Part shown: positions 7,582-17,493 of the stretch, one piece after another
Position numbering within the stretch: the stretch's first letter is position 1
Layout: the number at the start of each line of letters is the position of its first letter
Virus record (IMG/VR): IMGVR_UViG_3300050330_000084
Coordinates: 1-56,692 of that record
Origin: a virus
Lineage: Duplodnaviria > Caudoviricetes
Direction: 5' to 3' (one strand)
Length of the DNA: 56,692 nucleotides
Notes under the pieces: generated by a model
What the model saw: the letters and a program-made list of their open reading frames with translations, nothing else
Database searches by the model: none
Told to the model about the DNA's origin: nothing
Made by a program: the position numbers and the translations under genes

Positions 7582-8208
7582 TTACCATCCCTGTTCGATG
7601 TCGATCAGGTCCAGCGCCGCGCCGTCCGCGGCGGCCTCGATCGCGTCCTTGAGCACCCAGCTATGGTCCATGCAGGCGGCGCCCCACGCTGCCATGGCAA
7701 GCAGCACGGCGAGCCCATCCGCAAAGGTCAGCGTGTAGGTGGCGTTGTCGGCCGTGCGGAACTTGGCGCCCTCGACCGCGCCGTCCTCGGCGGCAACGGC
7801 GGCGGAATAGCTCGCTTGGCTGACCAACCAGTTGGTTCGGTCTTCGACATTGCGGGTTTGCAGCACCTTGCCGGCCATGGCGCCGGACTGGACGGTGTAG
7901 CCGCCGGTCAGGATGGCGTCGAGCTTGGCGTTGACAGCCTCGCGCAGCGCGGCCTTGCGCTCGGCCAGCGTCATGTCGGCGATGGTCCACGTCACCACGA
8001 CGCGGTCTTCGTGGACCTCCCACGCGGCCATCGGGTCTTCGGCGGCCGTCTGCTGGATCGGATCATATTGCGGTTGCTCGCGCACGATCGGCAGCCAGCC
8101 GTCCTGTGCCAACCGCTCGTCGCTGACCGGGGAGCCGTCGTCGGTGCGCCAGTCAGGGCGCAGCCCGACGCGCACCACGACATCGTTTTCGACCTGGGCG
8201 TACATCAT
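7582..8208 (-). CDS. Tail fibre assembly-like protein (DUF4376-like C-terminus)
   Basis: P-YDPIQQ N-terminal part and LKDAIEAAAD..ALDLIDI..GW end; last gene of the fibre module. Confidence 0.65.
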   Translation of the reverse strand: MMYAQVENDVVVRVGLRPDWRTDDGSPVSDERLAQDGWLPIVREQPQYDPIQQTAAEDPMAAWEVHEDRVVVTWTIADMTLAERKAALREAVNAKLDAILTGGYTVQSGAMAGKVLQTRNVEDRTNWLVSQASYSAAVAAEDGAVEGAKFRTADNATYTLTFADGLAVLLAMAAWGAACMDHSWVLKDAIEAAADGAALDLIDIEQGW

Positions 8209-8945
8209 GAGCCGTAGACCTTTTTCCAGGTGCCGCCGTCACGCACATGCTGCTGCTGGACCGGCTTCCAGATGCCGCCGTCTCGCACCTGCAAGTCCTG
8301 CACCGGCTTCCAAAGCCCGCCATCCTTAACGTAGAGGTCGGTCTTCTTGGCGCGCGGGGCGGGATCGCCAGCTGTGCCGACCGAAATCCAGTTGAGATAC
8401 CAGGTGCCCGAACCTCCACCGGAGGTGGTTGAGGCGCCCCACAGCCAGTCGGAGGCGGTGAATGTGCCGGGAAAGGCGATCGACGCAGCCTCTCCAGCGG
8501 GCTCCACATCACCGAACTTCCAGCATTGCGCGTAAACGGTCGCCGTGCGCTTGCGCAGTCTGAGCCAGTACCATTCCGCATCCGATATGCTGAAGCCCAA
8601 AGACGGAGTAACTTCGTTCACGCTGTTGTGGAGGCCGATAAAGCTGTTGTTGCGAACGACGTAGGCATAAAGCGATGTCGAACCTCCACTTACGGCGAGA
8701 TAGGTCGTCGCGTTAATAATCGAAGCCAAACGCGCGAGGATCAGTATCTCGAAGTCGCTGCCAGCAAGACTGGTGATGTTGGTGTTTGGCACCACCGAGA
8801 AATCACCGCCATAAGGAGTGCCAGTGGTCACAACCTTGAGAGCCTGCGCGCCGATGACGACGGGCGAGGATACAAGGCTTGCCGATCCGCCGCCCCCATT
8901 TTGGAGCGGATTGCCGCCGGAGATATCGCTAACGTATTGAGCCAT
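8205..8945 (-). CDS. Putative receptor-binding/adhesin protein
   Basis: Beta-rich domain plus three C-terminal V(K/R)DGGxWKxV repeats; follows the fibre gene. Confidence 0.6.
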   Translation of the reverse strand: MAQYVSDISGGNPLQNGGGGSASLVSSPVVIGAQALKVVTTGTPYGGDFSVVPNTNITSLAGSDFEILILARLASIINATTYLAVSGGSTSLYAYVVRNNSFIGLHNSVNEVTPSLGFSISDAEWYWLRLRKRTATVYAQCWKFGDVEPAGEAASIAFPGTFTASDWLWGASTTSGGGSGTWYLNWISVGTAGDPAPRAKKTDLYVKDGGLWKPVQDLQVRDGGIWKPVQQQHVRDGGTWKKVYGS

Positions 8946-10369
8946 CAGATTTTGGCCCAGAAATCCCCGTCAGCGCCGCCCGAAGGATCAGACGTGCTGA
9001 TGGTGACGGCGCGCTGGCCCATCGTGCCGACGCCGGCAAAGCTGCGCACGTCCGCCGCCGACAGCTCCTGAAGCGCGCCGGTGCCGGCCGAGGTGCGGCC
9101 GAGCATGCGCGCCGTCGTCATGGTGAGGCCGGAGGTTGTGGCCGCGCCGCTCTTGGCTGCGGCTACCCATGACGCGCCATCATAGGTCTGGAGCACGCCA
9201 TCGGTCGTGTTGTAGATTACAAGACCAGTAGCAGGCGAAGAGATCGCATTGCGTTGCGTGGTGGTCATGCGAGGGGGTAGCAGGCCCTTCGCGGTGCTGC
9301 TGAGATCAAGCAGCGCCGATGCGGCGGGACTTGCCGTGCCGACGCCGACATTGCCGTTCGCCCCGATCCTCAGCCGCTCGTTGGCGGCGCCCGCCAGTCT
9401 GGACCGGAAAACCAGGGCGCCCGAATTGTCGGCGCCGTCGCGGACGGCACCGAAGGAGGCGATCTCGTTGTCCACGCCGGCATTGTCCCGGATAGAGAAA
9501 ACAAAAGCGCCGCCGAAGCCGTCGACCATGTCGCCCGTCGCGTAGTTCACGGTCAGCCGGTTGACCGTGCTGATCCCGTTGCCGCTCGTCGTCAGCCGCT
9601 CGAACAAGGCCAGCCCGGCTACGCTGCCCGAGACAGTAAGCGAGCCAATTACCGTCTGGTCTCCGGTAAACGTGTTGCTCTCGGAGAGTATGGCAGCGAC
9701 GCCGCCGTCCTTGATCAGCTTGCCGGTCGTACCGTCGAAGACGGCGACGTGGCCGTCCGCCACGCTGGACGGGCCGGAAACGTCGCCCGTGCCCGCGCCA
9801 TCCTCGCCCTGTGGAATTTCGAAGTCGAGCACGGCCGCATTCGAGGTGCCGACATTTGTGACGGTCGCCGGCTCCCCGGCCGCCACCGTGGTGACGGTCC
9901 CTATCGTGATCGTGGCAGCAGCACCATCATCGCCGTCATCTCCGTCCTCGCCGTTGAGAGACGCCAGCCATGCCGCCTGATCGCCGACGAAACCGTTGGC
10001 AACCGCAACCTGATAGGCCGATTTACCCTCGTCTCCTTTCAGGTCGACATAGCTCCCCCACGCGCCGCCCGGCTGACGGAATCGCAACTGCGTGCCAGAC
10101 CAGCCGTGCTCCGGTGCCGGCCCGCGGAGATCGACATAGACGCCCCAGGACCCATCGATCTGCTGGAACCGGAGTTGCGTCCCATCCCATTCGTGATCCG
10201 GCCTCGGCCCGACCTCGCCAGTGCCTCCGACCAGCGAGGCAAGCCAATCCTCGACAGTACCGACAAAGCCATTGTCGAGAGCGATCTGGTAGGCGGACTT
10301 GCCGGCCGGCCCCGAACGGGTGACCGATACCCCGGACGGCGGCCGTGGCGTGACTGATACGACGGTCAT
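8945..10369 (-). CDS. Tail fibre protein with collagen-like segments
   Basis: GKSAYQ(I/V)A..NGFVG repeats, VDLRGP, GNVGVGTASP, TISTSDPSGGADGDFW end. Confidence 0.85.
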   Translation of the reverse strand: MTVVSVTPRPPSGVSVTRSGPAGKSAYQIALDNGFVGTVEDWLASLVGGTGEVGPRPDHEWDGTQLRFQQIDGSWGVYVDLRGPAPEHGWSGTQLRFRQPGGAWGSYVDLKGDEGKSAYQVAVANGFVGDQAAWLASLNGEDGDDGDDGAAATITIGTVTTVAAGEPATVTNVGTSNAAVLDFEIPQGEDGAGTGDVSGPSSVADGHVAVFDGTTGKLIKDGGVAAILSESNTFTGDQTVIGSLTVSGSVAGLALFERLTTSGNGISTVNRLTVNYATGDMVDGFGGAFVFSIRDNAGVDNEIASFGAVRDGADNSGALVFRSRLAGAANERLRIGANGNVGVGTASPAASALLDLSSTAKGLLPPRMTTTQRNAISSPATGLVIYNTTDGVLQTYDGASWVAAAKSGAATTSGLTMTTARMLGRTSAGTGALQELSAADVRSFAGVGTMGQRAVTISTSDPSGGADGDFWAKI

Positions 10370-10746
10370 GTGCGGGTGATTCCTCGCCTGATCTCGATGG
10401 CGCCGCCTGCAATCGTGTCGCGGTTGCCGTCGGCATCTATCCACACGATGTCCCAGACGTATTCGCCAGGGACGATGAGGCGCATGGTGGTTTCCGGGAC
10501 GTTCCAGGAGACGACGCCGGTCGTTGCGCTCCCGGTGTCGCCCTGGTCCGGGGCGATTTCGAGCAAGCCGTTGTCCGTCGAGGCTGCCAGGATGATCGAC
10601 AGCCTGTCGGCCGTCTCGCGGATATGGGCGATGAAAGTGCTGCCGGTCAGATCGACGGGGCCGTCATCATCCTCGATGACGATGCCGTCCCGCCAGTCCT
10701 CGTTGGTCAAGACGAGATACTCGATCTCGGTATATTCGCTGCTCAT
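10366..10746 (-). CDS. Fibre adaptor (BppU-N-like)
   Basis: PVDLTG....HIR, YVWDIV...G....IAGG.IEIRRGITR pattern. Confidence 0.65.
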   Translation of the reverse strand: MSSEYTEIEYLVLTNEDWRDGIVIEDDDGPVDLTGSTFIAHIRETADRLSIILAASTDNGLLEIAPDQGDTGSATTGVVSWNVPETTMRLIVPGEYVWDIVWIDADGNRDTIAGGAIEIRRGITRT

Positions 10747-11756
10747 GCCCTGATCCCCATGGCCGCGAAACTGCCGCAGGAAATGTCCAGCCAGCCGCCA
10801 TATATGCCCACCTGTGTGGGCACCATGGCGTAGCCGCTGCTGGTTCCGAGGCCCGTCTGGCAAGCTTGGTTGCGTCCCCATGTGTAGAGACGGGACCTAC
10901 GCAGACCTGCGCCGAAATTGGTCTTGCCCATGGAGACTTTGGTCCAGCCGCTGAGGTCGCTGGCCAGTGTCGGTGTGGCGGTCGATCCGCTGTTCGTGCC
11001 GAGCCCGGTTTGATATTGGGAGTTGCTACCCCACGTATAGAGCATGCCGTCGCGGATGCCGGCGAAGGCGCCATCGCCATTGCACGCCGCGTCGGTCCAT
11101 CCAGTATCGGACCCGACTTGCGCCATCGTGGGAGGCGTATCCTCGCCCTCTCCCGTGCCGCTGTAGAGCAAACCGCCTTCCCGGATTGCAACGACGCCCA
11201 TGTCTGTCAGGCCATTGGCAGCGGAGACGTGGACCCAATCGGTGGCCGCTCCGATCTGGACCGGCGACCCGTCATATTCGGGGACGAAGTACAGCCGCCC
11301 CCCACGGATGCCGTAGACCCATTCCGAGCCGGCCGCGACCTTATCCCAGTCGCTGTTCGAGCCGACCTTCTTCGGCGTAAGAGAAACCTCATCGCCCCAG
11401 ACGTAGAGCGACCCATTTCGAATACCGGCAGCGCGCTCCGATCCTGCAGCGACATCGGTCCAGCCGGTATCCGTGCCGACCTGCACAAATCCGGTCGTTT
11501 GGCCCGCCCCTCCCCCGATGCCGATATTTGCCTTGAGGCCGGCTGCCCACAGTGTGCCGTCGGCTCGGATGGCATGTGCGATGCCCATGTGGCCGGTGAT
11601 GGAGGCCTTGCGCCAGCGGCGATAGGCGTCGAGCTGGGTCGGCACGGTGAAATTGGCAGTGCCGGCAACGCCGAGTTGGCCTCCATTGCTGTTGCCCCAG
11701 CCGAACAGCGGGCCGAACTCCGCGTCGCCCTGAAGAAGACGGGTTGGAAAGAGCAT
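10743..11756 (-). CDS. RCC1/BLIP-II repeat beta-propeller tail protein
   Basis: Repeated WGxNxxGQxG...PTQ.....W..VxAG units. Confidence 0.82.
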   Translation of the reverse strand: MLFPTRLLQGDAEFGPLFGWGNSNGGQLGVAGTANFTVPTQLDAYRRWRKASITGHMGIAHAIRADGTLWAAGLKANIGIGGGAGQTTGFVQVGTDTGWTDVAAGSERAAGIRNGSLYVWGDEVSLTPKKVGSNSDWDKVAAGSEWVYGIRGGRLYFVPEYDGSPVQIGAATDWVHVSAANGLTDMGVVAIREGGLLYSGTGEGEDTPPTMAQVGSDTGWTDAACNGDGAFAGIRDGMLYTWGSNSQYQTGLGTNSGSTATPTLASDLSGWTKVSMGKTNFGAGLRRSRLYTWGRNQACQTGLGTSSGYAMVPTQVGIYGGWLDISCGSFAAMGIRA

Positions 11757-12532
11757 TATTCAAAGCCCTTCGACATGGTGCAGATGATCGAGTTCGACGC
11801 CTCGACGAAGTAGGAGATGACGTCGATCACATCGGATCCGGTCGAGAGGGCCGGCAGCCCGCCGGGGAATTTCCACGCCGAGCCTTTCGCCGCGATCTGC
11901 CGATTGGAGTGCTTGAGGATGATCTGGCCCGATGCACCGGCCTTGGCGTTCGTCGGATTGGCAAGTGTGGGGTTGCCGCCGAGTTCGCAGACGAAGTTGA
12001 TGCCGTTGTTGAAGTTGAGGGTCAGCGTGGAAGCGTAGGCCACGGTGACCGGCGCATTTGCCGTATAGGCACGGCGCGCCGAGATATACTTGCTGACCGT
12101 GCCGACCCTGATTTCGCCGTCGCTCGCCTCGTCGGCGCCGATGTCGGACCGCAGGTTTTCCCGCGTGATGGCCTTGGTCTCGGAAAGCGACACGTCCCAG
12201 AACAGGAAGCGGTCGCCAGTCTCCAACGACGTATCGACCTGCGCGCCGAGGACCGTGCGGTGCAGGATGTGCAGGGCAAGCTGGTTCGGGGTCAGCGCAA
12301 ACCAGTTGCCGTTCACCGGATCGTAGCGCTTAAACTGCCGGACATCCTTGTGATACCAGAGCTTGGACCGGTTGCCGGCCGCCGGCGCCGTGTTCGAGAT
12401 CGTGACGTCGTAGAGCCCCATGTCGGCGAGGATGCGCTGCTCGTAGTCACGCGCATCGAGGGCGAGGTCGTCGGCGGGGTTGGCGCTGGTGGCGCAGACA
12501 AGCTTATGCGAGGCGGGGGAAAAAGCGGGCAT
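11756..12532 (-). CDS. Tail fibre-like protein
   Basis: TLANPTNAKAGASGQIIL...WKFPGG.PALST...DVISY C-terminal fibre domain. Confidence 0.7.
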   Translation of the reverse strand: MPAFSPASHKLVCATSANPADDLALDARDYEQRILADMGLYDVTISNTAPAAGNRSKLWYHKDVRQFKRYDPVNGNWFALTPNQLALHILHRTVLGAQVDTSLETGDRFLFWDVSLSETKAITRENLRSDIGADEASDGEIRVGTVSKYISARRAYTANAPVTVAYASTLTLNFNNGINFVCELGGNPTLANPTNAKAGASGQIILKHSNRQIAAKGSAWKFPGGLPALSTGSDVIDVISYFVEASNSIICTMSKGFE

Positions 12533-12544
12533 CGTCTGCGATCC

Positions 12545-13102
12545 TTATTCGGCGGTGAGGTCGGCGCCACGGTCGGCCGGGCCGATGGAGACGTCATTGC
12601 CAGCGACCGCGATCACCATGCCGCCGCCGTTGAGCAACTTGCGGAACTGGAGATTGGAGCCGGAGACCGAGGCGAACAGCTCGCCGGTGCCCGTGCCGAT
12701 GTTGGCACCGCCGGTGATGCCGCCGCCCTCCCCGCCGAGACCGGCCGTGAAGTCCTCGCGCGTCATCTTGACATGCTGTTCGCGGGAGGCGTCGTAGACG
12801 ACGATCAGGTCGTCGCTGGCGACGGATGCCTCGCTTTCCAGCCCCGGGATATTGAGCCTCAAGGTCCTGTCAGCGGTCAGGTCGCCGCCGCCGGTGATGC
12901 CCTCGGCCGTCTCGATCCTGCGCAGGCTCGGCACCATGTTTTCGATGCCGAGGCTGTTGATGGTCGACATGAGGGTCTGGAACAGCCAGTTGAACACGCC
13001 TGGCGTGACTGGACCGCAGCTAAAGCCCATACGGACTTCGGCATCCGACGGCGGGTCGATCAGGGCCTCGTCATCGGAGGCCCAGATAGGGTCGAACGTC
13101 AT
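12545..13102 (-). CDS. Tail fibre anchor protein
   Basis: FNWLFQ and GITGGGDLTADRTL motifs; follows the baseplate wedge gene. Confidence 0.7.
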   Translation of the reverse strand: MTFDPIWASDDEALIDPPSDAEVRMGFSCGPVTPGVFNWLFQTLMSTINSLGIENMVPSLRRIETAEGITGGGDLTADRTLRLNIPGLESEASVASDDLIVVYDASREQHVKMTREDFTAGLGGEGGGITGGANIGTGTGELFASVSGSNLQFRKLLNGGGMVIAVAGNDVSIGPADRGADLTAE

Positions 13103-13114
13103 TGATCGCCTCGC

Positions 13115-13807
13115 TTAGTTGAGAGTGATTTCCGACGGGAACACGCCGTCGCAGAAGCCGCCCCAGCCGCTGCCGCAGCCGAAGGCCGGGCCATTGCCGT
13201 GCCAGATTTCCAGCCGGATGCCCGGCGCCACGGGCAGCACCTGCTGGTAGAGATGAGCGATGGAAATCTCGATGCCGGTGAGCAGACGCCCGGCATAGAG
13301 GGCCACCTTGCCCGGCCCCTCCCGCAGGATGCAGGCGTCCTCGCCGAACACCTCACGGGCGCCCGCGGCAATCCCGTTGCGGGTATAGTCGCCCGTCAAG
13401 GTGATGATCCGCGCCTTGAGAAAGCCGCGGTACAGTTCGTCGTCGGTAAAGCAGAACTCGACATAGTCAGGGCCGTTGCCGCAGTCCCATTCCGCCTCGC
13501 AGAAGCCGCCGATCGGCACCGGCGGCGGGCCGCAGTCGCCGATACAGGCGAAGCCGAAGACCGGCCTGCGCTGCCCCTTGCAATGGCAGCGCGGCCAGCC
13601 CAGCACCTTGCCGAGGATGGTGAGCTGGTCCCCGACCGCCGTGTCGATGTCGAAATGCTCCAGCATCTCGCATGCCTGCCGGGCGACCGTGGCCATCTCC
13701 GTCAGGTAGGCGCGCGCCATCCCGAGCAGGTTCGGGCTTTCCCGCCATTGGGTCAGGACCCGGTCGATTCTCTCCTCGACCAGGTCCGGCACGTCACGGC
13801 AGACCAT
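13115..13807 (-). CDS. Baseplate wedge protein (DUF2612-like)
   Basis: TQWRESPNL, FDIDTAVGDQLTILG, DDELYRGFLKARI. Confidence 0.82.
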   Translation of the reverse strand: MVCRDVPDLVEERIDRVLTQWRESPNLLGMARAYLTEMATVARQACEMLEHFDIDTAVGDQLTILGKVLGWPRCHCKGQRRPVFGFACIGDCGPPPVPIGGFCEAEWDCGNGPDYVEFCFTDDELYRGFLKARIITLTGDYTRNGIAAGAREVFGEDACILREGPGKVALYAGRLLTGIEISIAHLYQQVLPVAPGIRLEIWHGNGPAFGCGSGWGGFCDGVFPSEITLN

Positions 13808-13808
13808 G

Positions 13809-14705
13809 TCAGACGTACCTCACCGAGAGGTACGGATTGATGATGACGGGGCGCTCGAACAGCGTCGTTTCGATCTCGTCCAGCACGATCAGGTCAGCGT
13901 TCCTGGCAATGCGGACGTCGACGATCTTCAGGTCGCCGATCCGCGCCGTCTCGGCCGCCACCCTATCTTTCGTCACGGTGTCGCCATTCCGGTAGCCGCA
14001 CTGGCCTGCGAAGGCGGCGAGCACGAAATCCTGTATGGTCCCGATCGAGGGCGGCGCGCAGTTGCAGCCGTCGGGGATATGCTGGACATCGATTTCGACG
14101 CGGATCGGGACGTCCGCCGGCCGAATGAACCGGACCCGTCGGCAATAGCCTTCCACCGTCACCGAGATTTCCGTGTTTCCGTAGAGCTCCACCCCGGGCA
14201 CCGAAAGCTGGTAGACGCGCTCGCCCACTTCATCGTCATCGCCGCCGACAACGGCATAGGCGACCGAGTGGGGCGGCATGCCCTTGACGCTCACCGCCGA
14301 GGTAGCATTCTCGATGGCGCTTGCCCACGTCACCCCGGCCAAGTCCTTCAGCCGCTCGATGTTGGCGGTCAGCTTGATGTCGGCCTGCCCGGTATTGGTG
14401 ATGCGCACGCGGAAAGCGGTATCTACCTCCTCGGCCCGGCGGATCATGCGGCGCAGCTTGGCCAGCATGTCGAGGCGCGGCCCTTCCGCCTGGTCGACGT
14501 CGAAGGACTGGTAGGTGTCCTCGACCACCTCCAGCGTCTCGCCGGTCACGTCGGCATAGAGCCCGTTCAGCAGGCCGAGCGGCGACTGCGAGGTCTGGAT
14601 CACGCCCGGGCCGAACAAGGCCACCATGGCGTCCTGTAGCTCGTCCAGGATGACCGGCAGCGGCTTGCGCGCAAAGCCGGTCGGGACAACGCCGTAGGTC
14701 GTCAT
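13809..14705 (-). CDS. Baseplate J-like protein
   Basis: YGVVPTGFARK, AEGPRLD, GMPPHSV..VVGGDD motifs; position. Confidence 0.82.
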   Translation of the reverse strand: MTTYGVVPTGFARKPLPVILDELQDAMVALFGPGVIQTSQSPLGLLNGLYADVTGETLEVVEDTYQSFDVDQAEGPRLDMLAKLRRMIRRAEEVDTAFRVRITNTGQADIKLTANIERLKDLAGVTWASAIENATSAVSVKGMPPHSVAYAVVGGDDDEVGERVYQLSVPGVELYGNTEISVTVEGYCRRVRFIRPADVPIRVEIDVQHIPDGCNCAPPSIGTIQDFVLAAFAGQCGYRNGDTVTKDRVAAETARIGDLKIVDVRIARNADLIVLDEIETTLFERPVIINPYLSVRYV

Positions 14706-15067
14706 ACGGCCACCTCCTTGTCATACTCGGTCAGCACCTCGACGCTGTGAATGTCGAGGTTGCGTTGATCGCGCAAGAACCGCACGGAGAAGGACGTGAT
14801 TTCCTCGACGCCATCGGTATCGAGGATTTCGGCCTTCACCACGGCTTCGGCCAATGCCGGATCGTAGGCGCGGCCGAGAAGCTGATCCAGCCACGGCACG
14901 CCGGCCTCGACGTCGAGAAACCACTCGCCGCGGTGCGTCATCAAGCGCTGGCGGACGTGCTGGCCCACGGCATGGGCATCGTGGACCGTGGCCAGATTTC
15001 CGTCCGGAGCCAGATAGACGTCATTGCTGACGGGATCGACCGCCAGTCCCACGCGGGCGAGCGTCAC
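14702..15067 (-). CDS. Baseplate wedge/sheath initiator
   Basis: QRLMTHRGEWFLDVEAGVPW...ILDTDGVEEI motif. Confidence 0.8.
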   Translation of the reverse strand: MTLARVGLAVDPVSNDVYLAPDGNLATVHDAHAVGQHVRQRLMTHRGEWFLDVEAGVPWLDQLLGRAYDPALAEAVVKAEILDTDGVEEITSFSVRFLRDQRNLDIHSVEVLTEYDKEVAV

Positions 15068-15726
15068 AGCTGCATCGCTCGCAGCTTGGCCGCGATCTCA
15101 GCATACTGTGCCTTGAACTGGAGCTCATGGCCCGACCCGGACGACGATCCGTGGTTGATCTGCAGTTGGTCCTGCGACAGCAGTTCGACCACGGTGGCCA
15201 ACAGATCGTAGATGTTGCCCTGGTTGCCCTCGATCTTGATCTTGCCGTCCTTCGATCCTCGGATGCCGTAGTCACCGTCCGGTGAAAACCGCATGTGGAC
15301 ATTGGCATTGTCGAAGTTCGGGATCGGATCGGTCAGGCTTTCGCCGCCGTCGAGATGGGCCTCCATGTCCGACAAGTTGAAGGAGCGGGCATCCGACGCC
15401 TCGCCGTCGTCCTCGTCGTGGTACTTTTCATTCGAGCGCATCATGGGCCGCAGCGTCACCTTGTCTCCGGCTTTCACGGGATATGTCAGGGCGCCGTTGC
15501 CGGCGCGAGCGAACCGAACCGGAACCTCCAACAACTCTGGCATGTCCACGGCCTTGCCGTTGTGGCGCGGCTTGTAGAGCGGCTGGATCGTCGCGGTTTG
15601 CGTCCTGGGATCGTACGACTTGATCTCGCCCGGAATCGGTCCCCACATCGCCTCGCGTTCGGACTGCGCCTGCTGGCCAACGACATCATGGCGCTTGTTG
15701 ACGGTCTTCCCAATATACCCAGGCAT
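15064..15726 (-). CDS. Baseplate spike (Gp138/gpV-like)
   Basis: PGEIKSYD..QTATIQP, LLEVPV, YPVKAGD, RSFNLSD. Confidence 0.82.
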   Translation of the reverse strand: MPGYIGKTVNKRHDVVGQQAQSEREAMWGPIPGEIKSYDPRTQTATIQPLYKPRHNGKAVDMPELLEVPVRFARAGNGALTYPVKAGDKVTLRPMMRSNEKYHDEDDGEASDARSFNLSDMEAHLDGGESLTDPIPNFDNANVHMRFSPDGDYGIRGSKDGKIKIEGNQGNIYDLLATVVELLSQDQLQINHGSSSGSGHELQFKAQYAEIAAKLRAMQL

Positions 15727-16613
15727 CAGCGCTTCTTTCCTTCGTCAACCTTGCCGCCTTTGATCGCCTCGCCGTGGACCGCGACCTTGAAGTCGCCGTC
15801 GCGATTGTTGCCGGAGAACGTCGCCTGGCTCACGCGGTATTCCCCGCCCTCGGCGTTCATTTCCAGCACGCCGCTTTCGATGCGCACGCGTCGGTTCGGC
15901 CTGATCTCAGGGTTGAGCAGGCATGACACCTTGACGCCATTGTCGGTGATGGTCGGCGTGTCGATCATGCCGGTTTCGGGTGTGATCAAGACGATGCCGC
16001 CGATGTAGCCATCCGACGGGATGACCTCCATCACGCCATTCTGCACAGACCAATAGAAGCCGCGACCCCGGCCGACCGTATCGAGTTCGCGGGTGCAGGT
16101 GCCGCACATCGAATAGGGGCGTTTGTACTTCGGCATGTCGTCCGGGAACTTCCATTCCCCGCGCCGGACGCCTTCCTTCTCAAGCTGCTTGTAGAGCTCT
16201 TCGACCACCTCCTTGACCTCGGTTCCCTTCGGGAAGGTCTTGGAGATTGTGGCGCGGCGGAAGGCCTTGTCGCCATCGCCGCAGGTCAGCGTGGTGATGA
16301 TGTCCACCCCGTCACGCTTGTGCTCGACGTCCCGCAACTGGCCCTTGAAGATGATGCCGACATTGCCGCCGCCCTCTGGCGGCATGTAGCCGGCCTCCAG
16401 GGTCACGTCGTCCCATTCCTTACCGACGGCGTTCCGATGGCCCTCGTTCAGGTTCCAGATCGAGATCGTGGCCGTGTTCTGGCTGCTTTCGATGCCCTTT
16501 GAGATGTCGAATTCGATCTTCATTTCGTGCTTGGCGATGCCGCCCGGATTGACGGTAATGCCACCGCCGCCGCCGGTCGCCGTGAATCTGACCTTGCGGA
16601 GGTATTGCCTCAT
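15726..16613 (-). CDS. Baseplate hub protein
   Basis: ATISIWNL, LEAGY, IFKGQ, CGDGD, WSVQNG, TGMIDTP motifs. Confidence 0.8.
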   Translation of the reverse strand: MRQYLRKVRFTATGGGGGITVNPGGIAKHEMKIEFDISKGIESSQNTATISIWNLNEGHRNAVGKEWDDVTLEAGYMPPEGGGNVGIIFKGQLRDVEHKRDGVDIITTLTCGDGDKAFRRATISKTFPKGTEVKEVVEELYKQLEKEGVRRGEWKFPDDMPKYKRPYSMCGTCTRELDTVGRGRGFYWSVQNGVMEVIPSDGYIGGIVLITPETGMIDTPTITDNGVKVSCLLNPEIRPNRRVRIESGVLEMNAEGGEYRVSQATFSGNNRDGDFKVAVHGEAIKGGKVDEGKKR

Positions 16614-16921
16614 GCCGCCAGTTCCTCTGGCATGGCGTGGAACAGCTTCACATTGCCATTAGGCAGGTCATCCCGCGTCGGATCAGACCCTGCCTTGACC
16701 GGCGCCGCGACAAGCACGCCGACCCCGAAGCCGAACGGCTCCAGTAGATCGACGCCGCAGACGATCCTGCGCCCGTGCAGGACGGGCAGATCGTCAATCG
16801 ACAGGTCGAGCGACCAACGATCTGTCGTGACGCTGTAGTGCAGCCTGAGCGTCACCCTGCGGTCGTTCAGGACCGTGGCGAACTGCTGATCGGCTTCGTC
16901 AGAGATTTCGAAGGTGATCAT
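16610..16921 (-). CDS. Baseplate plug-like protein
   Basis: QQFATVL, W..DL, GRRIVCGVDLL; position before the hub gene. Confidence 0.65.
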   Translation of the reverse strand: MITFEISDEADQQFATVLNDRRVTLRLHYSVTTDRWSLDLSIDDLPVLHGRRIVCGVDLLEPFGFGVGVLVAAPVKAGSDPTRDDLPNGNVKLFHAMPEELAA

Positions 16922-17484
16922 GAGCCAAACATCGACTTGAGAATGGACTGATCCCGTGGCGTCGCTGTCACGGCAGATGCGTCACCCTTCGCTATGGTGC
17001 CAGCGGAACGGTTAGCCGTTGCCGCATCTCCTGCACCGCCCTTGGTCGGCGTTGCCGCCTTCGTGCTCTTCGTTCCGCCGGGCTGACCGCCTTTCGACCC
17101 ACCATCCGTCGAGGCCGCCCGCGCCGTGCTCACGATGATCGCTTCCTGCACCTCAATCTTGGCGGAAAGGATCCTTGCGTGGGCGGCATCACGATCAGCC
17201 TCGATGCTCTTGATGAGCATGTTGCGATAGACGGTCAGGCCGGTGACCAGCGTGAACGGCACCCGGCTTTCCTGAAAGCGGACCAGCGCCGAGAAGGTCG
17301 CGGTGGCGTTGGCGTCGGCGATGTCCAGCGTGACCTTCTTTGGCATGACGTAGGCGTGGTCAGTGATCTTCGCCCCGGTCTCGATGGGGATTTCCGATAT
17401 CTCGATCTGGCTATCGTGCTTTTCGGTGAGGACGCACGAGATGGGCACGGTCCCGATGGCCCGCGACATGGCGATGACGGACAT
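16918..17484 (-). CDS. Dit-like/tail tube initiator protein
   Basis: EKH....SEIPIETGAKITDHA, PFTLVTGLTVYRNMLI; follows tape measure. Confidence 0.75.
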   Translation of the reverse strand: MSVIAMSRAIGTVPISCVLTEKHDSQIEISEIPIETGAKITDHAYVMPKKVTLDIADANATATFSALVRFQESRVPFTLVTGLTVYRNMLIKSIEADRDAAHARILSAKIEVQEAIIVSTARAASTDGGSKGGQPGGTKSTKAATPTKGGAGDAATANRSAGTIAKGDASAVTATPRDQSILKSMFGS

Positions 17485-17493
17485 GGCAAATCC

